Shown here piece by piece: positions 11,401 to 23,200 of a stretch of 64,000 nt of DNA (its first letter is position 1; each line of letters begins with the position of its first letter). A model generated the notes under the pieces. That model ran no database searches. It saw only the letters and a list, made by a program, of their open reading frames with translations, and was not told where the DNA came from. Location: assembly GCF_052425735.1 (NCBI RefSeq), contig NC_135759.1, positions 21,452,001-21,516,000 of the forward strand, read 5' to 3'. Origin of the DNA: Oculina patagonica (taxonomy: Eukaryota). The translations under genes and the position numbers were made by a program.

Positions 11401-14400
11401 GAACTTTGTATACAGAAATCTAAAGTTCTTAAAATAAAATAAAAAAGTCAGTCATAATCAGTTCTAAGTTCTAAGTCAGTTCTAAGGCTTCAGTTGACTG
11501 TCAACTGCTGTTCAGGAATATGTTGTCACACTCCCTTCTTCTCAGGGAGGAACAAAGACCGGACATGACAAGACATAGAGCTAGGCTTTTGTACATTATG
11601 CTTTTGTTTCCCCACTAAAATGCTCCACCTTAATGCTCCATTTTTCCCACTAAAATGCTCGGTCACCCTCAAAAAAGTCACTAAAATGCTCAGATAATGC
11701 TCATTATACAAACCGTTTTTTTAATTAATTTCAAAGTTTTTAACATGGTGTTACCTGTTAACACTTACAAAAATGTACAAGTGTTGCAAGTAACAACATC
11801 AACGTATACAGGTTCATAAATACAGCCAAAAAATCATAATCCTCGAAATCATCTACGAGGCTAAGTACAGAAAGTAGTTGACTATCTCTAGAAAGCTATT
11901 TGTAGATGAATTTCGAGTTTTAGTCTTCATTTTCTCTAAAAAAATTAATTTCTTTTAGATTTTCTCGGGAAAGAAATCAATTTTCCGGGAAAATGCCACT
12001 AAAATGCTTGAATAATGCTCAATGCTTTTGCCTCACTAAAATGCTCGAAAAAATGCTAGCATAATGTACAAAAGCCTACATAGAGCCAGAGCTTATCCGT
12101 CCAGTTTCTGTAGCATTATTAAAAGTTGCCAGTAGGGGTATTGCTATCCCTCCTAGACAGGATGCTGTCCATCATGCTGACAGGTTGCCGTAGTTTATTT
12201 ACAAGGACCTATTTGTATTGGGTTGAGGAAGGCACTACTGTGGAAGAAGTGTTTTGCCCAAGAACACAACACAATGAGCCTACAGTCTAAAGGGATTAAA
12301 CCTGGATCCCACATCTCCCAAAACGACCATAAGTTTGAAAACAAAGTTTTAATATAAGCTTGAACAACATTAAATGTCCAAAAAGAACTATCAAATGATA
12401 AATGTAGCTGCAAGGGAGTATCTACTGGTATCTAGTTCAAATTAGTACTTTAGTTACAATACTCTTGTTGGGCTCTTAATGCAGGAGAACGCTCACAGTC
12501 TATATTGAGTTACTGGTAGTTAACACTTATGCTAACTGCACATCCATCTGTCAAGGCAAAAATGACACCAGGAAATAAAATGCCATATTAAAGAGCAATC
12601 TATCTCTTGGTTAAATTTTGAACAGCCTGGCCGCCGTGTCTAATATACAGTACTTCCGGTAACTAGCAGCTATACTAACAAAATGAAGTTCGCATTTAAA
12701 ATGGAGGTATAAATTGTGGTCCAATTTCAACCTACTAGCATACAACCAATGGAGGGGTGGTGAATGGTCCCTCAAAAAATTTTAGCCAAATTCCAGGGGT
12801 CTCGTCGTCTGAAATTTTTCTTTGATGCCTTCTCGGGTCTCGATTTCTTCTGCAAGGCTAAAGACGTCTCGGGCTCACAGAAAAGATATCAGTCTCGTCA
12901 TCTCGCAAAGTCTCGCATTGACCATTCGACACCACTCAATGGGCTAATTAGATATATTAGAATTCAGCTTGGTAGCGAGGCCTAGAGGACACAAACAAAA
13001 GAAATGAACAAACATGCTTGTAAAATTTCTTCTGTTTGTCTCCTTTAGGCCTCGCTACCAAGCTGAATTTTAATATTTCAAAAGAAGCCTATATGATAGT
13101 TTAAATCTACTAAGTACTTTGGCTACAATACTCTTGCCGGCCTCTATAAACATGTACACAAAACATGTAAAACATGTACACAAAAAAGTATTGTCAATGT
13201 ACTGGAAGGTTTGCCACATCTGAAACATTTTAGGTGCATGCAATGATATTACACAGCAAAACTCTTTTAACATGTAAATAACAATTAAGGTTACACAATA
13301 CCTTCCCGGGTGCCCTTCGGAAAAAAAATTCGTATGCGCGTTGTTTTTAAGTAACCTACCACAATCTATATATCAATAGAAAGGTAAAGAGCTATAGAAT
13401 TCGAAAAAAAATATTCGATGTTTGGCAGCGCCATTTTTGAGAAGAAATAAGCCGATAAAGTGAAAAACACCAAGTGTCATTTCACCGAATTAATTGGGTA
13501 TCAAACACAACTATTACTGCAAAAGAACTGCACAGTGTTAATCAGCAAGCACCAATCTCTCAAAGTGTGTCAGGCTTTTTCTTAATTCTTATTGGTTATC
13601 TTTTTATAGACCCGTAAAGTTTAAGTATCGAATAATTTGCTGACCCTGTTGCGTCCGCGGCTGTCACAAGAGAAATATCCAAAATAAAGGAAATCCCCGA
13701 CACACTTTTGTTCTTCGATGCTTTGCGAATGTTCTGGCCAAATTTCGTTAGAATCCGCCAACTCTACATACCCTATTAATTTATGCAAAGAGACAGTATT
13801 CTCGCGAAAAGCGATTGCGAGTTTTCGCAATTTGAAGATTTGTAGACATGTTAAGCTCTTATGTCAACAGGATATGCCGCCCACCAATGAAATGATGGCA
13901 CCCCTACCGTTCACAGCAAGCGAAACGATCTTCGCGGGAATCTAAAGGCAATAATAGTGTGACAGTCACGTTTATTCTCCTTGTTGTGCTTTAGCATGCG
14001 AGAGAAATGGAAAAAAAAAAAACAAGAAAAATATGCGGGAGAAGAGTACAGAAAATGAAGTAGCAACGGGAAGTTCGATATGTTCGAAGGATCTCCCGCC
14101 CGCACATCGACCAACATTCCGCTTTTGTCTTCAAGGGTTTTGGCTTCGATATTTTCGCTATCCACGGAGTTATCTCTATAAATGTCAACTTTTTCCACGA
14201 CCTCAATAAAGTCAATAACGAGAAATGAAGAGGATGAACCGAATAGCGATATCTAGAATGCGAGAGAGGGAAAAATGCATGAAAACAAAAATGCTAATGA
14301 GGTTCTCGTAATAAGAGCTCCGGGATGAGGCTCTTTCGCGCAAAAACATCGCCGGGATGTCAACGCTCTGAGGATTATGACACCTAACTTTGTTATTAAC

Positions 14401-17400
14401 TTTTATTTTAAAAACCTTTTTTTCAAAATAACTCGCGTGCGTTTTAAGATTTTACTGTAATTTTTGGGGAAATGTTAGATTTATAGTAAATCTTGAGTTT
14501 AGTCCAAAAAATTTTTTTTCGACAAAAGTGGCCCTCTGAAGGTATTGTGTAATCTTAAACAAATTTCACAAGTTCTATAAACGTCATGCGAGTCTCTAAG
14601 CTTTACCTAAACGTTCTGTAATAACAGTCTTACAAAATGTACGGTATAATCAGAAGAAGTTATATGTCTGAGTATCTTTAAATGCAAGCTAAAATAAAAT
14701 TGACATATCGGGTATATAAGCCCATCTGGCATGTGTTCATAATCATATTAATAAAAGATCATCTAAAATTCGGATGACCTATTTTTGGATGGGTGGAGGA
14801 GGGAGGGAGAAGGATTATCAAAATTAAATGGCAAATTCAAACACAAACAGTATTTACTTTGATTACTGTGTAAACTTCTATCATCCAACATAATAAAGCA
14901 TTGCGTACCGTAGTACATGTAAATCTGTTGCAGTTAAATTGTTAAAGACCAGTTTAAGCTTTGGTCTAGTTACAGCCTAGCAATCACTCTTAATACAATA
15001 GTTCAACTAATTATTTTATTTTAATAGTAGTTTGGTAGATACAATTGTCTGGCTCTTTATCTAAATACAGGAGAACTTAACACATGTTTTAGTGTATTTT
15101 TATCACTGTTTATATTTTGTTATTTATCAACTGTGTTAACTGTACAAGTACATCTGCCAAGGCTAAAATGACACAACCATTAAAGTGCACATTAAGAAGC
15201 ACTAGTGTTCTTGAGTGATTTCAACCTAGCAATAACATATCATCATTATAAAAATTATTTCATCATGTTTTGACAGCTGTAGTGTGTTTATTGTTTCTGT
15301 CTACAAGCCTAGATGGCTTAGACTAGGCCTAAACTGTTTACCAATAACCAGCTCGGTATGCAGGAGAACTAAGCAAGTTTCTATGTATTTTTGATCACTG
15401 TTTAATGTTTTATTATGTTTTATTTTAATTATTATCCATGTTAAATGCACATCTCCAAGGCTTAAATAACACAAGGATCAAAGTGCGGTCAAGAAGCCGC
15501 ACAAATGTGTCCTGATGTAATTTAAACCAAGCAATAACTAGGGCTGTGACAATACACTTGCACATCTGATACATATGATACATCATTACATACAACAGGC
15601 AGTCAAGTGACGTAATTTTACTTAAGTGTGGATCCAACTCCGTTTTTCCACCTTTATTAGCACAGATTTTATCATAAAATTAAACAGTTAAAAAGTTTTA
15701 ATTAAAAACTCATTTTAAAAATTGTAAAAATTAAAGCAGATGACGATTCGGTGCTACTCTACCCCATTATTAAGTTAAAATGGCAAAACTTTTTTGCAAA
15801 GTGAAGCTCTTATGAACTGCATGTTTTGGCTTGTGGGCACACAAGATTGTGTCAGCTGACAAGTAACTGGAACTTTGCATGCATCTGTGTCACGATGATG
15901 TTGAAGAATACATGATTGGAAGTGAAGCGAGAATTGAATTCTCTTGGGTAAGGAGTCATAAAAAAAAGTAATTTTTGAATGTCAATGAAACATATTTTAA
16001 ATTACAGTAAACTCCCGCTATAATGGACACCTTGGGGACCACGATTCCTTATAACGGGGTGTCCGTAATTATGAGGTGTCCGCAAGGCGGGAGTTGACTG
16101 TATTGTTTCAATTCATGATATTGTGATATTTTGTTCAAATATCAATATTCATTATTGTGACAAGAAAGATATTAATTGGACCAATCATTGCACATGTCAA
16201 GGGTGGAGGCTTATTTCAAAACAAGACCAAATGGCCACAAATCATGTGTAATTAGGTCTACACAGACTTAGCATGGCCTGCATGGTAAGGCTTTAACATC
16301 AAACTAGAACTCACCAAACCATTCTCTCCACTCTGTTTGTGTCTGTAGCTCTGCAGTATACTTCTCAAAAAACTCTACAACCTTATCATTCTTGGAATTC
16401 TGTATAGCATGCACAATATATAGCCGCAAAAGACACATCTCCAGCTTCTTGACATTTGAATTGTGCTGATAGTCCAGCCTCTTGAAGAATCGATCATTTA
16501 AGTAGTCCCAGAAATCCCTGAGGCCTACAATGTCGTAGCTTAAGATGTACTGGTACAACTGATCCACAATTTTATCCACCTAAAATCAAAGAAAACAAGA
16601 ATGTCCTATTATAGTATCTGTATGTATATCAAATAGCTGGTGCTTAGAAAGAAGTAATTGATTTTTTACTCTCCTAATCAACTCAGTAATGTTTTGAAGT
16701 ACAATCTATAAATTTTTGCCAGCCTATATATACAGGGTTGGAAATTAGCGCTCACCCACTCGCCCAGGCGAATGTGAAAACTGTCAGGCGAGTACAAATC
16801 ACGGATCATTTGCCCGGTTTGGCGAGTACGATTTTCATTCTCAGAATATATTATTCAAAATAAGCATAACGTTTACTTTCCACTTCAAAACAATCTACAC
16901 TGTCCACAAGCTGATAGCTTACCAACATTTTGAAATCTCCAACAAAGCTGCGTTCCCATTCGTAAACAGACAAAAATGGCTTCCATTTGGTGATTGTTAC
17001 ATGATAAATACACTATGTTGCCCACCGAGCCGCGTGCGAAACGCAGCAAGATGGTTCCCGATTTTCCCGATTTTCGTGGTGGGAGGGGGGCTAAATTTTC
17101 CTTTTCTTTAATGGAGGAGACTGGGAGGTGAAAACTGATCTGGACGAGTGCAATTTGAAGGTCACTCGCCCAGATGGCGAGTGCTCCGAAATTTTAGTTT
17201 CTAACCCTGATATACCTTGTGTCAGCCTGTTAACAGGCTCCTTGGTACATGTAGATATAAGACAAAAAGAAAATCAGCAGGTAGAGTGCAGGAAAACACA
17301 ATAATATTCCATGTGTCCTGACTAAAGATTATTATAATCATTTCATCGGACATTGTGGCATATTTTGCGGGCTAAAATGGAGAATTCAACGGGCTAAAAT

Positions 17401-19825
17401 ATATTTTACATGTTATAGAAGCAGAGGTATTACTCTTGCCGTGACGCAAAAAACGGTGATAGAAACATTACGCTCGTGACGGTGCTTATTTATTCAGTAA
17501 AATTGCCTTCGCTTGCCTAACAAACATTCCATCACACATTGAACATTCCAACAAGTATTTGCTCAACATAACTACAGAGTCTTCCGCCACTTAAATTAAC
17601 TTTTTGTATCATGGAAGTAGAGGTATCATTCCTGTCGTGACGCTTTTCATACAACGAAATATGAAATCACGTTTTTCGGAGTATGCTAATTTTCAACAGA
17701 CAATCATTTCGCTCGCGCAATTATCTTTCGCTCACAAAAAATTCGCTGGTCGGAATGCTTGGCGCATCATTTTAATTTATATCATGACTTGCTTCTTTGA
17801 CTACAGAGTTTTTTGCTTTTTTGTAAACACCTTTTTTTCTGTTTTTTTGTAAACACCTTCGAAAGCCTTTTAGAAGCGGTGATTTATTTCCTGTTGCGAC
17901 GCTTCTCAAACAACGAAGATAAAATCAGGCTTCAGTCGGCACATGTTTATTCTTGTAGATCAAAACAAAAACTTTCGCTCACAAAAATGTAGCAATCATA
18001 CTTAAGCTAAATCATATTTTTTTCCCTTGACTACAGAGTTTTTCACTGTTACAAACAGCTTCGTAAACTTTGTAGAAGTGAAAATTTAATTCTTGCTGCG
18101 ACGCTAGTGAAACACCGGGAGATAAAATCTGGTCGGCGCATGTTGATTCACTAACAAAAGCTATCACTCGCAAAAATATTGCAAGCATGATCGGCGCATC
18201 GATTCAATCAATGCGTTGCTGTTTTAAACATCTTCGTAAGCTTGTAGAAGCGGAAATTTAAACCTTGTGAATGTTGGACGCTCCTGAAACAACGGAAAAT
18301 AAAATCGGGCTTGTTGGCGCGTACGAACAGACTAAAACTTTCCTTCGCAAAAAAAATCTCAAAAATAGTTGGTGCATCAATTTGATCTAAATCATTGACT
18401 TTTCCTAAGAGTTCAGAATATTTTGCTGTTATAAACACCTTCCTAAGCCTCTTCCGAGCAGAGATATAATTAATTGTGATGCTCCTGAAACACTCCTGGC
18501 TGTGAAATCATGTTAGCTCTGTCGCCACATGAAACAAACAAAACGTTTCGTTGTTTTCTTTTGCCGTTATAATCAACTTGATTTCGAAAAATGCTGTTGC
18601 CTCATTCTTCCAAACTATCAGTCAACTTTTTCGAAACTAGAAAGCTTCAGTTATAGACTTATATCGCTTCTGAGCGATCGAGTCAGTTTCGAGTCGGCTT
18701 CGAAAACCAGTTCACGGATACGCCACTCGTTAGGCTCATAAATATGCATGAACCCCACTTGAGTGGGGTTCGTGCATATGTAATGAATTACACACTTTGT
18801 CTGTCCCGAAGCTGTCATGACATGCAAGTTTCTTTTCAATGCCACTGATGACCCTTTTTGTAATAGACCATATTCGTATTCTGGGTATTGGACTGTAACT
18901 AGCTTGCAATCAAGGCTTATGCGGGTAATCTTTTCATGATCAAATGCAAATGACATGAATCTCTTTTTAATGATATTCCCCCACATGAGCCTCCATTGCA
19001 AGCTAGTTCCAGCCCAATACCGAGAATATGAATATGGTCAATTACATGTTACTTGCATGTTATAAATGCATCAACAAGGTGATCCGATGTTTGGCTTATG
19101 GTTTGTCCACATGAACATCAGTGGTGACAAGTAAAAAATCTTTCAAGTTACAGTATTGTTTATATCTATGTGAGGCACCTGACAACAATTATTTACCAGT
19201 ACTTGACATGATTATATTGTTGCCTCCAGACTCGATCCAGACAAGGAACAGAAAAAAACAATGCGCTTTTATAATTTCTTGTCTTCATGTGCAACCCAAA
19301 GTGAGACCTCGATGGCTAAAATTATTGGCTTTTTGTCCTGAACACCATATAAGAGAGACCAAAAGCATCCCCGTCCCTTTCATGTGGGAGTCCCCCCAGG
19401 GAGTCCCCAACCAGCCGAGGCGCCTGGAAGTTCAGCTCCCTATAGCTACGCTAGCCGACTCAGATTTTCTTTTAATTTTGCTCTTCCGCCCGGCCACTAA
19501 TCACTTAGCTAGGAGCCTGTTTACAGCTCATAGTACTGTGTGCTAGAGGAACTGGTTTGGACTCGTTGCTAAGGTTGTCTGTTTAGGAATTCCGTAGGGC
19601 AGTCCCGGGTTCGTCGTAGAGAAAGTCCACACTTTCATTCTTGTGTACATGTAGTCAATTCTCCTAAATAGAGGCGAGGTTAACCTCAAAAAAGCAACTT
19701 ACCCTGAAGCTTTTGTCCTTATCTGCTTTAAGGTCTGATTCAAAACTCTTTAAGGTGTTTGAAAAGCCGCGAAATACAAGGTATTCTTTGATAACATCGT
19801 CCAACATCGGTACTGCTGCAGCCAT
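2344..19825 (-). CDS. WDR91: WD repeat-containing protein 91, multi-exon gene; 3' exons lie left of the window
   Basis: Phase-compatible exons 19825-19703, 16579-16315, 11340-11218, 7054-6835, 6067-5872, 4789-4489, (3993-3961), 3688-3645, 3447-3353, 2810-2714, 2438-2344. The translation ([74 protein letters not shown]) matches the WDR91 sequence I recall. Confidence 0.93.
2714..2810 (-). CDS. WDR91: WDR91 exon ([32 protein letters not shown])
   Basis: TAG acceptor, GTATG donor, 97 nt. Confidence 0.92.
3353..3447 (-). CDS. WDR91: WDR91 exon, first WD40 repeat ([32 protein letters not shown])
   Basis: CAG acceptor, GTAAG donor, 95 nt. Confidence 0.92.
3547..3610. repeat. Imperfect (GAT)n microsatellite
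   Basis: gatgatgacgatgatgctgatgatgatgcc...gatgatgatgat. Confidence 0.85.
3645..3688 (-). CDS. WDR91: WDR91 exon ([15 protein letters not shown])
   Basis: TTTTTCAG acceptor, GTAAG donor, 44 nt; resembles the PFIVLGQ segment before WD1. Confidence 0.82.
3961..3993 (-). CDS. WDR91: Candidate 33-nt symmetric micro-exon of WDR91 ([11 protein letters not shown])
   Basis: T11-ATTGTAG acceptor, GTCAG donor, phase 1 to 1, no stop. Confidence 0.55.
4489..4789 (-). CDS. WDR91: WDR91 exon 6 (low-complexity linker QLQEQQKQ...ESEDKT)
   Basis: Pyrimidine-rich AAG acceptor (a nearby CAG is also possible), GTAAC donor, 301 nt; inside ORF 4388..4813. Confidence 0.75.
5528..5770 (-). mobile_element. tRNA-derived SINE (related copies at ~6492-6600 +, ~12080-12310 -, ~25665-26830 - interrupted, ~41888-42360 +, ~51845-53010 + interrupted)
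   Basis: Shared motifs: B-box-like GGTTTGAGCCC, TCTTGG(G/T)CAAGACACTT, GGATGGGATGCTAGTCCAT, GGTTACCCCCAGCATT, recurring across the window. Confidence 0.7.
5872..6067 (-). CDS. WDR91: WDR91 exon 5 (Q/K-rich linker, ...[33 protein letters not shown])
   Basis: TTTACAG acceptor, GTAAG donor, 196 nt, phase 2 to 0 compatible. Confidence 0.8.
6247..6429. mobile_element. MITE
   Basis: Imperfect TIR TGTGCAGTTCTAGAAAATATCCATACC / GGTATGGATATTTGCTGGAACAACACA. Confidence 0.7.
6619..6793. mobile_element. Tc1/mariner(pogo)-type MITE, TA TSD
   Basis: ta|CAGTCAACTCT...AGAGTTGACTG|ta with internal GTGTCCGTAATA repeats. Confidence 0.85.
6835..7054 (-). CDS. WDR91: WDR91 exon 4 (coiled coil, [22 protein letters not shown]...FFVVNR)
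   Basis: Follows the AC acceptor, 220 nt, GTAA donor; overlaps ORF 6831..7052. Confidence 0.9.
7113..7400. mobile_element. MITE with ~70-bp imperfect TIRs
   Basis: ATACACCTAATTGCAATAA...TTATTGCAATTAGGTGTAT; sits ~40 bp from the U12 branch point. Confidence 0.8.
7591..10683. mobile_element. Non-autonomous hAT-like element, 6-bp TSD (CTATCT); hosts a nested element
   Basis: Perfect 15-bp TIR CAGGGCTCAAAATAA, subterminal TGACCGG motifs at both ends, CTATCT on both flanks. Confidence 0.8.
8003..9852. mobile_element. Non-autonomous TIR element (TGT...ACA ends, TA-type target) with subterminal palindrome arrays
   Basis: Perfect 29-bp TIR TGTGACCCTCCATATGAAAAGGGGGCTTA; arrays of TTTGAAACGCGTTTCAAA variants at ~8045-8160 and ~9675-9815. 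Confidence 0.88.
10729..11098. mobile_element. MITE with G/C-run termini (same family as 39645-40045)
   Basis: (G)n-TTACTCGAAATTTCAAGTGAAGGGGATGATTGAA / TTCAATCACCCCCGTCACTTGAAATCCTCAGTA-(C)n inverted ends. Confidence 0.72.
11218..11340 (-). CDS. WDR91: WDR91 exon 3 ([41 protein letters not shown])
   Basis: TTTTCAG acceptor, 123 nt, followed by U12 donor ATATCCTTT. Confidence 0.9.
11582..12078. mobile_element. hAT-type MITE, 8-bp TSD CATAGAGC
   Basis: TIR TAGGCTTTTGTACATTATGC, internal CACTAAAATGCTC repeats, perfect TSD. Confidence 0.9.
12941..13092. mobile_element. Hairpin MITE (similar architecture at 42098-42252)
   Basis: Arms AATTCAGCTTGGTAGCGAGGCCTA / TAGGCCTCGCTACCAAGCTGAATT. Confidence 0.75.
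13289..14554. mobile_element. Non-autonomous element with TTAA TSD (Kolobok-like ends)
   Basis: ttaa|GGTTACACAATACCTTC...GAAGGTATTGTGTAATC|ttaa; no transposase ORF. Confidence 0.8.
16005..16100. mobile_element. Tc1/mariner-type mini-MITE, TA TSD
   Basis: ta|CAGTAAACTCCCGC...GCGGGAGTTGACTG|ta. Confidence 0.82.
16315..16579 (-). CDS. WDR91: WDR91 exon 2 ([10 protein letters not shown]...EWREWF)
   Basis: TTTTAG acceptor, GTGAG donor, 265 nt; overlaps ORF 16304..16579. Confidence 0.93.
16733..17209. mobile_element. hAT-like MITE
   Basis: CAGGGTTGGAAATTA...TAGTTTCTAACCCTG with ACTCGCC/GGCGAGT subterminal motifs; inserted in an (AT)n target. Confidence 0.78.
17420..18560. repeat. Degenerate tandem repeat, about 5-6 units of roughly 170-250 bp
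   Basis: Recurring GTAGAAG(C/T)G..., G(T/C)GACGCT...AAACA.CG.A.ATAAAATC, TTCGCTCACAAAAA, TTGACTACAGAGTTTT, AAACACCTTCG. Confidence 0.7.
19703..19825 (-). CDS. WDR91: WDR91 coding exon 1 ([41 protein letters not shown])
   Basis: ATG at 19825, 123 nt, donor GTAAG, LisH-like N-terminus. Confidence 0.92.
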
Positions 19826-20175
19826 CTTTCCGAGTTTTGCCTCGATTTGGTGAACGTCAAGTTTCTTAGCGAGTCCCCCCCAAGTCCAGTCGTTTTACTC
19901 TTTTGTTTCGGCTTTTGTTTTCCTTCTTCTCCTGTTTTTCCTTATTTGTCTTTATCTCAATAGGCTTATTGGTTATGCAACGTAAAAAATCATCCCCAAA
20001 GGAATATAGTTTTGAAAACCCAGTATAGCACCCTCTTCGTACCCCGGGTGGGGCAGGGCTGTAGCCAGGTGTATACATTTGTCCCCATTCTCCAGCCAAG
20101 CGGCTGCACATTCGTCGTGCACATCATTCTGTGTACTGTCTTGCTGTGAAGTAAAACACCTGAAAGATTTCAGCA
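19826..20175. promoter_or_regulatory. Shared bidirectional promoter of WDR91 and PEBP
   Basis: Start codons diverge 350 bp apart; ATTGG (CCAAT) at ~19968, GC-box-like GGGTGGGGC at ~20046, TGAACGTCA at ~19851. Confidence 0.65.
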
Positions 20176-20235
20176 ATGGACGCTCATGCAGTTAAACCTG
20201 ATGTTGTGGATGAACTTCCCGGACAAGTCATCCAG
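20176..20235 (+). CDS. PEBP exon 1 ([20 protein letters not shown])
   Basis: GCAATGG start context, V.PDVVD..P motif, GTTAG donor. Confidence 0.85.
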
Positions 20236-23200
20236 GTTAGCTCATTATGAACTGAACGTAACAGCTGATCGAGTACGTTGGAAGACTAAATCTCTCCATC
20301 TTGTTTCAGTTGTTTGTCACTTCAGCTCAGAGCTCAATTGAGTCAGTAGACTGCTAAAAGGCGTTTGCCAGCATATAAAACCCAGTGAGAGACAAAAATT
20401 TTTTGGATAGCGCTTACTGCAAACTGATGTACTAAGATTTTGCTCAAAAACTGAAAATTTACATGCTGAGTTTGCAGAAGTGGCGTGACATTTTGTTGGG
20501 GAAGGGGGGGGGGGGGGGGGTGTGTTCACGAGGAGTGGCGGAGATACGCTTGCATCCGTTACAGAGATTCCAACCCTCCCGATTTGATCGGGAGTCTCCC
20601 GATTTAATGCGTTGCCTCCCGCTCTCCCGATTTATATCAGATTCTCTAACAAGAGAAAAATTGCTAATTTTTAGTACTTTTTGCGATCTGAGTGTAGCAA
20701 AAGTAAAGAAAAGTACCAAAAATGTTTGTGAAAAGAATAAAGACCTTATAGAATAACTCAGAAATGATGTCAAAATGCCGGAAATGGCACTTGAGAGAAC
20801 CTAAATTTGCAAAATTTCCCGGTGGAACATGCTTCCATACCCCCCTAGAGGCGCACACCTTCAGCGCTAAAAATACTCCCTTTTTTCCTTCAAAAAGGGT
20901 TGGAATCTCTGCCGTTATGAAGTGTTGTCAACATTGTTAATGGGTTGGAGGGGACAAATTTTGTAACAAACAAACTTAGGAACGGACCATGTTGAAGGCA
21001 CAAGTGTAATAACTGGTCACAAATGTAATAAAGTCACAAGTGTAATAACATTTGGTCACAAATGTAATAAAGTCACAAGTGTAATAAGGTCTGGTCACAA
21101 ATGTAATAAATATTTCACACACAGACACAAATGTGAACAGGGACTATCACTTTACATCTAAACAACACTTATGCTGGAGAGCTTGTCTAAATGGACAAAT
21201 TAGTCATTTATAAGGTCGTTTTTTCGACTTTTTTTGCTTGTTTACAAGCAAAAAAGAGGAGAATAGCATTTAGTGGACTCAAATCTGAACCGGAAGGGAT
21301 CGCATTCTTGTTAACTCTCAAGGGAATACTTTCCGCTGTGGGTGGTCAAAGCGCGTGACTTGTAAGTGTCACTCTATAGTTGTGCTTCAGCACTTCCGTT
21401 CTTGTAGAAAAAACATGACTTGTCAAATTTACAAACATTATATAAGAATCAAAAACGTGAGTAGCCCAAATCTTACGTCACATAACCAATTAAGAATGTA
21501 AGCGGTTCAACGCTCAAAGGCAGTGAAGTTTAAAACGATTAAGAACGCAATTTTTACTAGTACAAGTCTTTAGGCGCTAATATTAATTTAACCTAAAACG
21601 ATTAACAACGCAAATTTGTACTCGTACAAGTCTTTCACACACTAAAACGTTGCCAATAGTTAACCAAAGGGAACTCATTTCGTGACAATTGATTATTTCT
21701 GCTGAGTTGCACAATTGTGCTTCAGCACTTCCGTTCTTGTAGAAAAAACGTGACTTGTCAAATTTACAAACATTATATAAGAATCAAAAACGCGAGTAGC
21801 CCAAATCTTACGTCACATAACCAATTAGGAATGTAAGCGGTTCAGCGCTCGAAGACAGTGAAGTTTAAAACGATTAAGAACGCAATTTTTACTAGTACAA
21901 GTCTTTAGGCGCTAATATTAATTTAACCTAAAACGATTAACATCGCAAATTTGTACTCGTACAAGTCTTTCACACACTAAAACGTTGCTAATAGTTAACC
22001 AAAGGGATCTCATTTCGTGACAATTGATTATTTCTGCTGAGTTGCACAATTTAGAATTGCAACATCATCTAGCGAAGCGCACTATTACTAAAAATAGATT
22101 TCGCCACATGATACCCCCCCCCCCCCCCTCTGCGTGAGTCGGACAACAATTTTAGTTTGGGCAAAGGCTTTGTATGGAGGGGACCGACACAATGTGAGGC
22201 CGAGATTCTCGAAAGGCTCGAAAAATGATAGATTCCAAACATTTTTGCTTTAGTAAGTGAAAACAGATTGAAGGTATCCAAAAAATGGCCCAAAATTGAA
22301 TTTATTAGTCGAAGATCCGGCAATAACACCTTGATTCCCAGTGCAAAATTATTCAGGCTGCCGAGAAATTTAAGCGGCGGATAGCGAATTACTATCGAAT
22401 TATATAATTGCGAAGGATTGCTTTATTTAGGCACCGGAAAGATCGTCGGTTGCAAGAAATTCAGAATTCTTCCCGAATTTGACAGCACTGATCGCCGGTC
22501 ATCCGATCTGTTTCGACACATGATAGATAGAGGGCGAAAATATTATGCTATTCAAACGCCTTTCTAATGGAATTGACGGCGGGTTTGATTTTAATAAAGC
22601 TGTTATTTATCCCCATTACTATTACAGACTGCAGCTACAGCTGCCGAGCTCGATCAGTGTATATTAAATAGTATTTGCCGCGACAATTGTGTAACGAAAT
22701 TGACCTCTTAAAATATTCGGGTCAGGCAAGGGGACCGATCGGACGAGCGTTTCTTTGTGTAATTTTGTGGTGGCATAAATCTGAGGTTAGCTCTGTTGTG
22801 TTGGAAAATGTGCCACTAAGAACAGTGTAAACGTTTTGCATTTCTCATAAAAATAAATGTTTTCTTTCAGCAAATCCCGGCAGCAAATCGGGCCTTTATA
22901 ATCCATTCAATAACTGAGAGTAAAACATTTAACACATTTATTGAATAATCGCTCTGTTTGACAAACCTTTTGTTTCAAACCACGGTTTGAGCTTTCTACG
23001 TTGCACAGGTAAGGCTTTCTCTCGAAATCCGAGCCAATCTGGCCATGGTTTTGTGAAACAATCGCTAAATATGCCTCCAAAGTGCCCGCCAACCATACAT
23101 TGCTCTTACAGAGAGCGGTTTGTTTGTTTGAATTTTGACTCACACCGGGGGTCAAATTCTGTGACGTCATTAGTGCGCTTCGCTAATTGCAACATCATTA

